From the human T2T-CHM13v2.0 reference genome, Homo sapiens, in the NCBI RefSeq assembly GCF_009914755.1, contig NC_060941.1: a stretch of 64,000 nt of DNA. The stretch is one strand, 5' to 3'. Below are positions 19,929 through 41,218 of this stretch, piece after piece. The translations under genes and the position numbers were made by a program. The notes beneath the pieces were generated by a model. It did not search any database, had not been told where the DNA came from, and saw only the letters and a program-made list of their open reading frames with translations. Positions within the stretch are counted from its first letter, which is position 1, and the number at the start of each line of letters is the position of its first letter.

Positions 19929-20006
19929 CTCATCGATCTCCTTAATCCATCGATCAATGCCGTCAAAAGACCAGCGGTTCGCAATGTCATAGACCAGGAT
20001 CACACC
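19929..20006 (-). CDS. RAB40B: RAB40B coding exon 4 (78 nt)
   Basis: cccag|GGT GTG ATC...GAT GAG|gtatgt; encodes [26 protein letters not shown]. Confidence 0.96.
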
Positions 20007-20324
20007 CTGGGGGAGAGGTCACAGGCTCAGCACGCAGAACACAGATGCAGGCACAGCTGTGGCCATGCACGCAAAGACATACAACTAAATAACCACTTTC
20101 CTTATTTTAACACAAAGTACATAATTTTGATTTATCAACTGAATGTAGCAGTTTTATGATCATTTTCAGTGATATTTCATAAGCTCAGTGATAAACCCTC
20201 AAATGTCACGGTGATCTGGGGACTAGAACTCACACCCACGAGCCACTCCAGGAACACAGGATGCAGGGGCACCGCAGTAATCGCCACCTCTCGAGGAGTG
20301 TGGCCCACTCACCTGGATGGATTG

Positions 20325-21120
20325 CACGCATACACGTGCACATACACATGGAGCTCACGCACACACAGGCACTTGTGCACAGATGCACGCACACACAGTG
20401 CACGTACCTGCACACATGTTGCATACACACACGCAGGCACTCATGCACAGACACAGTGCACATACCTGCACACGTGTACACACGTGTACTCATGCACAGA
20501 CGCACACAGTGCATACCTGCACACATGTTGCATACACATACACATAGGCACTCATGCACAGATGCACACACAGTGCACACACGCAGTTCATGTGTGCACA
20601 TGCATGCACATAAACAGGCAAGCACACACGTACACATTACACACACAAGCAGGCACTCATGCACAGACTCATACACAGGGCACGTACCTGCACGCACGTG
20701 TACACACACACACGCACAGGCACTCATGCACAGATGCACGCATACACAGGGCATGTACCTTCACACACGTGTAAACACACGCACAGGCACTCATGCAGAT
20801 GCACGCATACACAGTGCAAGTACCTGCACACGTGTACACATACACGCACATGCAGGCACTCATGCACAGATGCATACACAGTGCACATACCTACACACAC
20901 GTGTACACACACACACGCACAGGCACTCATGCCCAGATGCACACATACACTGCACATACCTGCACACACGTGCACACACACACGCACAGGCACTCATGCA
21001 GACGTATGCACAGTGCACGTACCTGCACACACATGTACACACACACACACACAGGCACTCATGCACAGATGCACGCATACACAGTGCACGTACCTGCACA
21101 CACGTGTACATGCACACACA
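20325..21120. repeat. CA-rich complex minisatellite in RAB40B intron 3
   Basis: Units like cacaggcactcatgcacagatgcacgcatacacagtgcacgtacctgcacacacgtgtaca. Confidence 0.9.
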
Positions 21121-21333
21121 GTCCCGTAAATGCACGCTTACATCCGTAATACTGATGAAGTCTTTCAAACAACCAACCACTCTACAGCACGTTTTTAGAC
21201 TCTCAGCACCAATTTATACGTAAGCTTAACTGCCTTGTCCTCCAATCATCCATTAAAGGATGGTAAGTTAAGCATTGTAAATGTTATTATTCAAAGTTGG
21301 TTTGATCTCCCAGCTCGGGGGATGCTGTGTTAC

Positions 21334-21394
21334 CTGTGCGCCCCGGGAGTAGGAGCGGAATATGGTACAAAATCTTCCCTGGCCTGAAGTATCC
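21334..21394 (-). CDS. RAB40B: RAB40B coding exon 3 (61 nt)
   Basis: ttttccag|G GAT ACT TCA GGC CAG...GCA CAG|gtaaca; encodes DTSGQGRFCTIFRSYSRGAQ (G3/switch II). Confidence 0.96.
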
Positions 21395-21803
21395 CTGGAA
21401 AAGATGTTGGAGACCATTAAGAAGAAACCAGTGCTTCTTCCTGACAACAGGTTCTGGAACTTCAGAGCCACAGCAAGTGCACCACACACCCGCCAGTCAG
21501 CAGCCACCACGCCGCCAGCGTGAGACCCCAACAAAACTTTCCAATGTCCCCGAAGGGATCCGGGTGTTGGGATGTCCTCCCAGGCTCATGCTCTTCTCTG
21601 TCATTTAAAAAGTCAAACTAGAAAAAATAGTGACGGTTTTAACATAATTCTCAGATATTTAAATACATTCAATGTAGGCTTTAAAAAACTTGTTGAATCT
21701 GAAGATAAATCTATGCAGTAAGGAGTGTGGGTCTACACCAGGGGAGAGAGGCCGGTGGGATCCCTGCTCTTCCAGTTCAACTGTAAGAGCTCACATGGAG
21801 TCA

Positions 21804-22373
<570 letters not shown>

Positions 22374-24295
22374 TCAATGGGAGATTCCCCAGTGGGCCAG
22401 GGGCTGGCCCCGCACACGAGACACAACCTCACGGATGAGCGGTGGGACGCGGCATGGTTTTGCTGTTTGTGTCACATGCACCTGTGGTCGGTGACCACCC
22501 TCAGCACGAGAGAGAAGGGCCTGGGGCTCCAGAGGGGACCAGCGACACTGGCCATTGCCAAAGCCTAGGAGTGAGTGCCTCATTTCCTGAGAAGCAAATT
22601 GATCTAGAATTCAAGCCTCAGCAGGACCTCAGGTGCTCAGGCTTTGCACACAGCGGGAGCTGCCCAAAAGCTATGGTCGAGGAGGCAGCGGGCCAGGTCA
22701 ATCTGCCAGCTTCGCAGGGAGGCCGAAGGGCCAGCACGTGCTGTCAGAGTGCCCCATCGTGAAGTGGGAGCACTCCCTCCTCAGCTGGGACAACGTGCCG
22801 GCCTCCTGGGCCGCTGCCACCCTGAAGGAGCAGAGCAGAGCCCAACCCCAGCCCCAGTGGGTGTGGGGAGGGAGGTGAGGGCAGGTGGGGGCAGGCAGAA
22901 GACCCAGTTGTGGGCACCAGGAAGGACCACACTCTGGGGTCCACACTCCGGGGTCCACGGTGGGAGTGTGACCTTGCTCAGACGACAGTGTGGACAGAGC
23001 TGGCACCGGCACCACAGGAGAGCAGCCTCAGGGTCCTGCTGGGGCCTGGGGGGATTCTGAGCTTGGCAGAAGCCCCCTGGGATCTCACTCCTGAGGTGAG
23101 AGGGAGAAAAGTGTGAGGGTGACTGTTCGGCCCACTGGGCAGCTGGGGTCAGGGAGGCGTTCGCTAAGGTGAGCAGCCAGACCCGGGGTGGAGCTGGGAG
23201 AGGGCACGCGCCAGCCCTGATGCAAGCAGATCTTTAGGAAGGCACTGAGCTCAGGGGCAGGCGTGGGGCCGAGTGCGGCCTTTGGGTGGCCTTGGCCCCT
23301 CAGGAAGGAGTGGTCTCGGGGAGGGAGGGAGAGACTTGAGAACAAGGTCCTGGACCTGCAGGGCTCAGGGCCAGGAGGAGGCAGCAAAGGCCCAGCTGGC
23401 GGAGGGTGGGGAGCAGGACAGGGGCTGACGGCAACCCCAACGCCAGCCCAGCGAGGGCATGGCCCCGGGGGAGTGGGGACCTGAGAGCAGACTGGGCGGG
23501 AGGCCTGAAGCTGTGCAGCAGGAAGGGTCGGGGCGCTTGGGGACACTGTGGAGACAGGCTCCCCAGGACTGGCCACTACTAGACGGGGCAGGCGTAGGAA
23601 GGGGACAGGTAAGAGAAGGGGGTCCCAGCTGCTGGAGGCACACGTGGCTCGGGGGTGGCCCAGCAGGCAGGAAGGGCCAGGAGGCTCAGGCGAGGGTCAC
23701 CCAGGAGTGGCAGCAGTGCAGGAGGGATGCCCAAGAGGGAGGCAGCCCCAGGATGAGGCACCGCAGGAGCCCCCCATCCCCACCGCCCCAGAGCTGGAAC
23801 CGCAGGAGCTCCCCCCATCCCAAGCCAAGAGCGGGTGGAGGGAGAGGTGTTCCAAGCTGGCCCCAAGGTGGGGGTGCTGGGGGAGGGAGAGGTGCCCTGG
23901 GCTTGCCCCAAGGTGAGGAGCTGGGGTTCTCACAGCTGAGAGAGCAGAGCCAGCAGCCCCAGGCTGGCCAGCAAGTCCTCACCTCCCCACGTCTGGGTCC
24001 TCCACCCGCAGGCCCGACCACAGCCCCGCTGGCACCAGGACGCTCCGAGCTCCCTGCCGGGTGCTCAGTGGCATCACTGAGCCAGGTGTGGGGGACCCAG
24101 GAGCCCCGGGCTGCCTCAACCACGCTGCATCGGTCCCCTCTTGGCATCTTCCCACAGACACCAGGCCACAGGTTCTGATCCCAAAAGCCGATTCCCAGCC
24201 ACAGCGCTATGTCCGTTCTGGGGTCCCCTACTCTGGATGACGGGGGCCCAGACAACCGGACCACCACCTCCTTCAGAGAAGCCCTGGTGCAGCTG

Positions 24296-24775
24296 GGGCT
24301 GGGGGTGCTCCCCGGGGCGCTGTGCCGACGGTGGTGGTGGGAGGGTGTTCCCGGGGGCGCTGTGCCAACGGTGGTGGGGGAAGGGTGTTCCCGGGGGTGC
24401 TGTGCCGACGGTGGTGGGGGGAGGGTGCTCCCCGGGGTGCTGTGCCGATGTTGGTGGGGGGAGGGTGCTCCCTGGGGTGCTGTGCCGATGGTGGTGGTGG
24501 GAGGGTGTTCCCCGGGGGCGCTGTGCCGACGGTGGTGGGGGAAGGGTGCTCCCTGGGGTGCTGGGCAGATGGTGGTGGGGGGAGCTTGCTCCCTGGGGTG
24601 CTGGGCCGATGGTGGTGGGGGGAGGGTGCTCCCCAGGGTGCTGTGCTGATGGTGGTGGGGCTGGTGGTGCTCCCCGGGGTGCTGTGCCGACGGTGGTGGT
24701 GGGAGGGTGTTCCCGGGGGCGCTGTGCCGATGGTGGTGGGGGATGGGTGCTCCCCGGGGCACTGTGCTGACAGGG
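24296..24775. repeat. About 39-bp GC-rich VNTR (about 12 copies) at the start of RAB40B intron 2
   Basis: gggtgctcccggggtgctgtgccgacggtggtggggga units. Confidence 0.9.
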
Positions 24776-24842
24776 GGTGCTATGCCAGCCAGGGGGGTTA
24801 CTCCCTGGGGGTGCGGGACGCTCGCACCTCCTCCAGACTCAC

Positions 24843-24903
24843 CAGAGCTGCAGCTTCACCCGCCGCCCGTCCAGCAGGATGGTGGTCGTCTTGTAGTCGA
24901 TGC
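24843..24903 (-). CDS. RAB40B: RAB40B coding exon 2 (61 nt)
   Basis: ccgcag|GC ATC GAC TAC AAG...CAG CTC TG|gtgagt; encodes IDYKTTTILLDGRRVKLQLW; phases join exons 1 and 3. Confidence 0.96.
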
Positions 24904-25599
24904 CTGCGGAAGGGTTAGAGACGGCTTAGGCCTGAGGCTGCAGCTAACAGGACGCTGGAAGTCTCACGTTCAGGGAAGAAAAGGGTTTCTCATCAGTGCA
25001 ACTTCCAGGTTTACAAGGCAGGCGGATGGGACCCCCTCCCTGTGTCTGCCCAAGCTCACAGGGGCCCTGCCTGCGCCCTCCCGCACCCGGGCCCCTCCTG
25101 TCCTCAGCCGCCTTGGCCTCTGTGGGGGTCAGGCTCGCATCACCCTGGCCCAGGGGGCTCCCCGACAGGCACTGCAGGGCCTACATGTGACCTGGAGGCC
25201 GGTGGGTTTGCCGCGGGGCTGTGGCCGCTGGGTGTGCCCCCGTCTGGGCTGGTCCTTCCCTCCCCACCTCCTCCCCAAGCCTGCAGGCCTGAGAGCTCCG
25301 ACTCAGCTCTGTTTCCAAGGGAACGGGGCTAAGGCAGCGGCTCTGCAGACACTGAGACTGCGTCCCCCAGTATCACACTAGGAAAGTACAGTAAAGACAG
25401 ACGTGACGCTGCGTGGGATGCCCGCTCTCAGCTGTGTACATGTGCATGTGAACCACGCATGTGCAGGGACACGGGACTGCACACCCGTCCCAGCCACCTC
25501 TGGGGTGCAGATTACAGGTAGGCTGGAACCTTCTTTCCACATTTCTATTTTTTCAAGTTAAAAACAAACAAACAAAAAAAAAACCCGAGAATGCCTTTC

Positions 25600-26886
<1,287 letters not shown>

Positions 26887-28290
26887 AATAAATATCTTTA
26901 AAGGGAAAAATATGTTTCCCCGCCCCCATCCCCCCCCAGACACCAGTGTTCTGCTTCTTTAGGAAACATCTCCTGTGTTCACTTCTAGCGCTTCCGGATG
27001 AGCACCAGGTCTGTCATTGAGAACATGGAAAGAGAGGGTTTGAGTTAAGGGGCTGGAGAATGCCGGGTAGGAGCACTGCCTTCCTAAAACCAGGTACAAT
27101 GACACGTACAATCACAGGAACCCAAACTGCTTAGTAACAAGACATGACCAGCCTTTGTGGGATTTGCTTGATTTATTTCATGTATAGGATTTACTTGACA
27201 GTATCTCTCAAAGCACTAAACCTACAAGAGACAAGCCCTGGCCTCACTCTCGGCTGTGATCGGATGTTGAGTGCTTTGACAAGTATGGCTGAATAGGGAA
27301 TCAGAATTCTAAAGGGAAGCGCGCCGCTGAGAGGCCGAGGGGAGAAGCAGCGCCGAGGCTCGCACCAGACCTCACCCTGGAGACCGTCGTGGAGCACACG
27401 GCCTCTGCAGCTCTCCTTCCAGAGAAGCCCACGATGTAGCCAGTGAGTGCCCAGAAACAGGCTCCTCTAAAAATGCGAGGCTGCGGAGGCCACGGTTCTC
27501 AAGCAGCTTCTGCCCCCTCGAAGGGTCTAGAACCCTTGGACTTGGCCACAAGCCCCCCTGCATCCCAGGAGGCAGTGTGCCGAGTTCCTGGTCTCCTGTC
27601 GGGCAGAGCGAGGTGTGCAGTGGCGGTGCCACCGGTGGCCTCCCGCTTGGCTTGGACAGCTGGTCGCCCACATCTTCAGGCAGGCCTGGGCGTTGCAGCA
27701 GCTCTGGGCCTCTGTCCTCCACTTTCCACTGATGCAGCCATGAGCACGTGCATGGCACACCTGCCTGATCTGAGCACACCTGTGCAGCGCCTTCCATGAG
27801 ATCCCGAGCACCCCTCCCTCCCACAGCTGCTGTGTCCAGCCTGTCCCCTGCCCTCTGCTTCCTCCTCCGGGCCCTGCCCCCTTCCTGGACTCCAGAGGCT
27901 CTTTCTGTGGTGCCACCAGAGCCCCAGAGACATGGAGTCCAGGCTTCCCGCATCCTCCTCTGTCTCCTGCTAAACTCCACACTCTGTCCACAGAGACTGC
28001 CCATCACGCCACCAGGTAGATTAGACCAAGCAACACCAGAGCAAACTCCCCCCGTCAGAGGAGAGTGATTCAGAGGACAAAAGATACAGCAGCACTGAGA
28101 ACGCCCGAAGCACCCGCTTTGCAGACGCCACCTGCCCCGTGATGAGGCTCAGACAGAGCGGCCAAGCAGTCCCCTGACCCACCCAGTACGAGGCTTTCCT
28201 GAGCTGGCCAAACGTTTGCCACCGAGCCCAGCAGGCACGCTGAGTGCACCGTCTGTCTCTCTCTTCTTGGCATGGGCGCTGACGGGGCAC

Positions 28291-29252
28291 TGATGGGGCC
28301 TTTGGGATGTTGCTCTTCCGGCTGGAAACCTCTGTGGCTGCTGAATTATTGTCCTGCATCCAGGAAGAATGAGGTACCCAGACAAGTGGAGGGTGAGCGA
28401 GACGAGGAGGAGCTTTACTGAGTGTTAGAACAGCTCAGGGGAGACCCACAGTGGGTGGCTTCTCTCTGCAGGCAGGTCGTCCTGACAAGTGTTCAGCTCT
28501 CAGCAGACAGGGTAGCTCTCCGCAGCTGGTCATCCCGACGTCCGCGTTGCTCTGAGTCTGGGGTTTTTGTGGTCTTCAGGGTGGGGAAGTGCACGCTGAT
28601 TGGTCCACAGGCAGCCCACCCCAACCAGCATGCACATCCCCCCTCTGACAAAAGCACCGAGTCCTCCTTCCAGTCCGCAGGACTGGCAGCCCGGGCCCCA
28701 GGCCCCCTTGAAGCTTCAAGGTGTGGCTTCACCAGGGACCTGCCCCCTTCCACCCAGAAGTCTGTCTGCCTCCCACTGCTGTTCATGGCACCCAGCTTGT
28801 TCATGCCAAGGGGCGCCTGCAGGCCAGCACTGAGCCACCCTCAGCCCTCCCTCAGCTTCCCTCCCATGTTCAACAGCGCCCAGTCCCGAGGGGGCTGAGG
28901 TGGCAAGGGCTGGTGTGTCCGTGCTGCCCCAAGTGTGGACCCACCCGGATGGTCTGCAGCAGCACCTGGGCTCAGCCCCAACTGTGCTCCACGACTGGAG
29001 CGGGCGTGGGGAGTGAGGAGAGGCCAGGCATTTGGAGCAGGCACTTCTAAGCCTGCAGGGGGCAGGGGTGGCCTTCCCAGGCCTCCAAGAGCACAGAGAC
29101 GCCCGCGTCTAGAGCTGCCCCAGGGCAGCGGGCCGCGGCACGCAGGGAAGGCGGAGCTGCTGCCTGATCCGTGGATCGAGAGGCCCAGCCATGCCTCCGC
29201 TGCAGCCGGCATCTTGGCAGCAGCCACTCTAGATGGGCCACTGCTACCATCA
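28291..29252 (-). mobile_element. MER52-type ERV1 solo LTR, internally deleted
   Basis: TG...CA termini; minus-strand start TGATGGTAGCAGTGGCCCATCTAGAG resembles MER52; near-identical 4-bp flanks gcac/gcat. Confidence 0.7.
28575..28649 (-). ncRNA. MIR4525: pre-miRNA hairpin MIR4525, intronic and sense to RAB40B
   Basis: 75-nt fold-back; minus-strand 5' arm GGGGGGAUGUGCAUGCUGGUU (28623-28643) matches the recalled miR-4525 mature sequence and pairs with CCAAUCAGCGUGCACUUCCCC. Confidence 0.85.
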
Positions 29253-29396
29253 GCATCTTAGCACCAGGAGCTTGACCTCACCACAGTGGGGCACGCGGCG
29301 TAGCCTCCATTGCTGTCAGACCAAAACCACACTGCTGTGGTTTTCCCAGGTGACCAAGTGAGTATCAAGGAAACAGTCCTTTTACAGAAAGGAAAA

Positions 29397-31169
<1,773 letters not shown>

Positions 31170-31454
31170 TTCCTGATGGTCTTTTTAAGCGCCCTACGAG
31201 TTTCAAAACCATCTTTCGTTTCTGTTTTCATGGAGTCATGGATGCTCACAGTCTGAAGTGCTGTCACGATCCACGATGTTGGACCCTGGCCCACCCGAAC
31301 CCCTGTCTCCCTTCCCCATTTTAATCCTTTAAAATAACTTCTTTTGCTATGCATCTCCAGATTGATGAAGAACATACTTACATTCCTACTTCCTGACATT
31401 TCAGTTTTAGGCATCCACTGACTTTCCACTACAGAAGATGAAAATGTAGCTCTC

Positions 31455-32890
31455 GGTCACTGACACACCCCACCCCTGTAACTCCAACACACACAGTCAC
31501 ACACATCCTGTACTCACTGACACACCCCACCCCCGTAACTCTAACACACACTCACACGCTCCCTGTACTCACTGACACACCCCAACCCTGTAACCCTAAC
31601 ACACACAGTCACACACATCCTGTACTCACTGACACACTTCACCCCGTAACTCTAACACACTCACACGCTCTCTGTACTGACACACCTCACCCCTGTAACT
31701 CTAACACACACACTCTCACACACATCCTGTACTCACTGACACACTTCACCCTGTAACTCTAACACACACACGCTCCCTGTACTCACTGACACACCCCAAC
31801 CCTGTAACCCTAACACACACAGTCACACACATCCTGTACTCACTGACACACTTCACTCCGTAACTCTAACACACACACTCACACGCTCCCTGTACTCACT
31901 GACACACCCCACCCCTGTAACTCTAACACACACTCACATGCTCCCTGTACTCACTGACACACCCCACCCCTGTAACTCTAACACACACACTCACACGCTC
32001 CCTGTACTCACTGACACACCCCACCCCTGTAACTCTAACACACACTCACATGCTCCCTGTACCCACTGACACAGCTCACCCGTAACTCTAACACACACAC
32101 TCACACCCTGTACTCACTGACACACCCCACCCCGTCACTCTAAAACACACACACTCACACACCCTGTACCCACTGACACACCTCACCCCTGTAACTCAAA
32201 CCACACACACACCCTGTACTCACTGACACACCCCACCCCTGTAACTCTAACACACACACTCACATGCTCCCTGTACTCACTGACACAGCTCACCCCTGTA
32301 ACTCTAACACACACACTCACACGCTCCCTGTACTCACTGACACACCCCACCCCTGTAACTCTAACAAACACACTCACACGCTCCCTGTACCCACTGACAC
32401 AGCTCACCCCTGTAACTCTAACACACACTCACACGCTCCCTGTACTCACTGACACACCCCACCCGTGTAACTCTAACACACACACTCACACGCTCCCTGT
32501 ACCCACTGACACAGCTCACCCCTGTAACTCTAACACACACTCACACGCTCCCTGTACTCACTGACACACCCCACCCCTGTAACTCTAACACACACACTCA
32601 CACGCTCCCTGTACTCACTGACACACCCCACCCCTGTAACTCTAACACACACACTCACACACTCCCTGTACTGACACACCCCACCCCTGTAACTCTAACA
32701 CACACACTCACATGCTCTCTGTACTCACTGACACACCCCACCCATGTAACTCTAACACACACACTCACATGCTCTCTGAACTCACTGACACACCCCACCC
32801 CTGTAACTCTAACACACACACACGCTCCCTGTACTCACTGACACACCTCACCCCTGTAACTCTAACACACACACTCACACGCTCCCTGTA
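31455..32890. repeat. About 57-59-bp CA-rich VNTR (about 25 copies) in RAB40B intron 1
   Basis: tgtactcactgacacaccccacccctgtaactctaacacacacactcacacgctccc units. Confidence 0.92.
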
Positions 32891-32946
32891 CAGTTTTGTT
32901 GCTTTTTAAGCTAGATGGATATTCCATTCTACACTGTCATAACCAG

Positions 32947-33290
32947 GTGCTATGGTTTGAATGTGTCCGCTAAACTTCACGTTAGAAAGGTAAACCTCCA
33001 GTTTGTATGTTGATTGGAGGTGGGGCCTTTGCCAAGTAATTAGGATTAGGTAGGGTCAGCAGGGTGGGGCCCTGATGATGGTACTGGTGGCCTTACAAGG
33101 AGAGGAAGACACCTGAGCTGACGGGCTTGCGCGATGCCCTCTGCCAGGTTATGACGCAGCAGGAGGCCCTCCCCAGATGCAGCCCCTCAACCTTGGACTT
33201 CCCAGCCTCCAGAACTGTAAGAAATGCATTTATTTTCTTTATAAATTACCCAGTTTGTGGTATTCTGTTACAGCAACAGAAAATGACACC
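32947..33290 (+). mobile_element. MST-type MaLR LTR
   Basis: tgctatggtttgaatgtgtcc...ttggacttcccagcctccagaactgtaagaaat...ataaattacccagt. Confidence 0.8.
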
Positions 33291-33338
33291 AGGTAGACGC
33301 CATCCACAGCTGAACCACCATATGGTATACAATGTTTA

Positions 33339-35296
<1,958 letters not shown>

Positions 35297-35979
35297 CTAA
35301 CACAGAAGAAAGCAGGGCCAGGGTGTGTGCAGGGAGTAGGCAGAGGAGAAAGAACAACACGAGATCATCCTGACGGCATCGTTCAGGCACCAGAATCCAG
35401 CCACGCCTGAAACTACACCAGCCCCTCAACCTGCCGGCTGTGTGGGGCACCACATTCCTCTGTGCTGAAGCTATTTTGAGTTAATTTTCTTGTTTGCACC
35501 AAAATGTCTGGTAGAAAACCCACAAAGCACAATGACTGGAGAGAGAGAGAGAAAACATCTGACACCCCCTAAACTGGGAAAAGCTACAAAGGATGCATTT
35601 TCACATCTTCCCCAAGCAAAGTACAATGACCTCCACATCCCGGAATTTCACTAACAATAAACAAGAACTGGAAATAAAATCGAACTCAGTGATAATGATT
35701 TCATTATTCACCATCATGACCAAAACTGGACTCAGTGTCTTCTTCAGCTGGCAGTTCCCATTAGCACAGCCCGGATGCATAACCCACACCCACAACCTGC
35801 CCTGGCAAATGACCAGCTTTGAAAGGACAATGACAGCCGCCTGTCTGACGTGGTCTCCACCAAGCGCTGGCTTCCTTCACAGCAGCACTTGGCCCTTCTC
35901 CCGAATCTATTCTGCTCCCGTGGATGGCACTCCCTTTACCCCATACTTCAGAACTGGGGGTGGGGCAGGGTAGGGTAGT

Positions 35980-36310
35980 ACCTTAGCCAGTGGGGTTGCT
36001 ATAATGAAAATACCATAAGCTAGGCAGCTCCTAAACAACAGAAACTTGTCATCACAGTTCTGGAGGCTGGAAGTTCTAGATCAAGGTCCAGGCAGAGCCA
36101 GTGTCTGACGAGGGCTGCATCCTGGTTCATGGAGGTGTCTTCTCCCCATGTCCTCCCCTAGCTGGAGGGGCGAGGGAGCTCTTGGATGCTTCACTCATCC
36201 CATCCACAAAGCCCCACGTGACCTAATCATCTTCCAATAGCCCCATCTTCTAACACCATCACCTTGGGGTTAGGTTTCAGCACCCGAATTTGGGGGGGTC
36301 ACAAACATTC
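35980..36310 (-). mobile_element. MLT1A-type LTR
   Basis: cacagttctggaggctggaagt...tcaaggt, aacaccatcaccttggggttaggtttca. Confidence 0.7.
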
Positions 36311-36694
36311 ACTCTCTTGCAGGCGGGTGGGGAGATAAAACCTTAAAAAACAGTGCCCTCCATCTGCTACGTGGGTCCTTCTCACCAGGGGGGAGAGGTG
36401 GCAACAGTGACGACCTGAAGCCCCTGGTACTCTGAGTCTCCTGGTACGGGACGGTGAGGACCCCACAGGGCTGGTAAAGCACAGACGCTGCAGCCTGGGG
36501 CCTGGGATCAAATCCAGTCCCAACACCAATGTCTTCGTCCATCTCCCCTGGGTCTCCGTTTCCCTGGCTATGAATGGGGAACCGACCGCCTCGTGGGACG
36601 CACTCACCACAGCTCCTCAAAATGTGTGCACCTGCTGCCAGCAGTCCACGTCAGCTCAGCAAAGGCTCCAACTCCTCCCCAAACCTCTGTGGTC

Positions 36695-36960
36695 ACACAC
36701 AGTGAGGGCACCCCTCACCTTCAACAGCATCTCCCCCACACACAGTGAGGGCACCCCTCACCTTCAACAGCCTCTCCCTCCACACAGTGAGGGCACCCCT
36801 CACCTTCAACAGCCTCCCCTCACCCCACACAGTGAGGGCACCCCTCACCTTCAACAGCATCTCCTCACCCACAGAGTGAGGGCACCCCTCACCTTCAACA
36901 GCCTCTCCCCCCCCACACAGGGCACCCCCGACCTTCAACAGCCTCTCCTCACCCACACAC
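36695..36960. repeat. About 45-bp VNTR (5-6 copies)
   Basis: cacacagtgagggcacccctcaccttcaacagcctctccc units. Confidence 0.9.
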
Positions 36961-37090
36961 CAATTCCGTGGCGAGTCTCTCGGCTCTTCCCAGCCACCCC
37001 TACAAAGCACCATTCCCTTTGCATTCGGATGGGTCCTGTTTTGAGGCTTACCCCCGCCAGTTTGACATCTCTGCTTCAGTGGCCTACTAA

Positions 37091-40046
<2,956 letters not shown>

Positions 40047-41218
40047 CCACAAGCCTTATTTATTTAAATCACCTTTGTCTTAGGACACTAAACTCCCAAA
40101 AGGTGAGGCCTGGGACCAGCATCAGGCTGGACAAGTGCTGCAGAGGCCACGCCAACCCTGTGCGGCCACTGCTGCCCCGCCCAGTCACTAAGCACCTGCA
40201 GGTCACCGAGCACAGGGCAGGGGGCAGCCTCCACCAAGCACAGGGCAGGGGCCAGCTTCCACTGAGCTGTCACCACCACAGGACACCTGGAAACACGAAG
40301 GAACACGGCCCAGAAGCAGTGTCCTGGAGCGTGGCAGCTGCTGCCCGAGCAGGCTGCGGGGTGAACGCAGTCGTGGGAGGCTCACGAAGAGACATCGTCT
40401 TGGGGAAGGGGGATCAAGGCAGCCACAGTGGCTGTGGGAGGGACAGAGGGGCCAGATCCCAGAGCTCCCCTCACAACCCATCAGAGTGGTGGATTCCCTG
40501 AGGCTGGTTGTGGGGCTGGACATCTTGTGACCACAACTCCCAGGGCCTGAGAAGGGGGCAGCTGTCCTCGGGCTGGCCCGTCCTGCTCAGACCGGAGGCC
40601 TGGCAGGGTTCGAGGGCTCAACTCAGGCGGGCCCGGGCTCTCAGGGTGGGGTGACCTCTGTCACGGAGGTCTCATGCAGCCTTGGACCCCACACTGGGGC
40701 CTGGGTCTCTCCTAGGTTCCCATACACCCAGGGGAGTGGCCATAGGATCCAGTCCTGCCCTGGCCCTGGGTCGCAGGCAGGAGCCCCACCCACCTTGGCC
40801 ACCACCTGCCAAAGAGGGGTGTGGGCTCTGGGCGGGGCCGCTCGGGGGACGGGACGGCAGTTCCCCCACGTGTGTGAGCTTCTCAACTCAAAGTCCTGGC
40901 TGGAGGCTGGAGGGTTCCAGGAGGCCACCCCACCAAGGCTGCCTGACACTCTTTGCTTCTGAAGTTAAAAAAAATATCGCATATGAAAAAGCTTATTTAA
41001 AATCAAGTCATTCATGCTTGGTACTAAATATTTACCACTACAATCTTATCACCCATGGACAACTACGATTAATATTTCAGTGTAGTTCATTTCACTGTTT
41101 ATGTATATATATGATTTTCTTTCTACCTAGTAGTAATACCTATAATGATATATGTAATTTTAACATTTTTCATATGAAGTATTGATACAAATGTTTTAAT
41201 TCTAAAATATAATTTCTG

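Noticed and set aside
35593-35973. 126-aa ORF in unique intronic sequence
   Set aside because: No recognisable protein similarity or splice or Kozak support; the region could be an enhancer, but that cannot be shown from sequence
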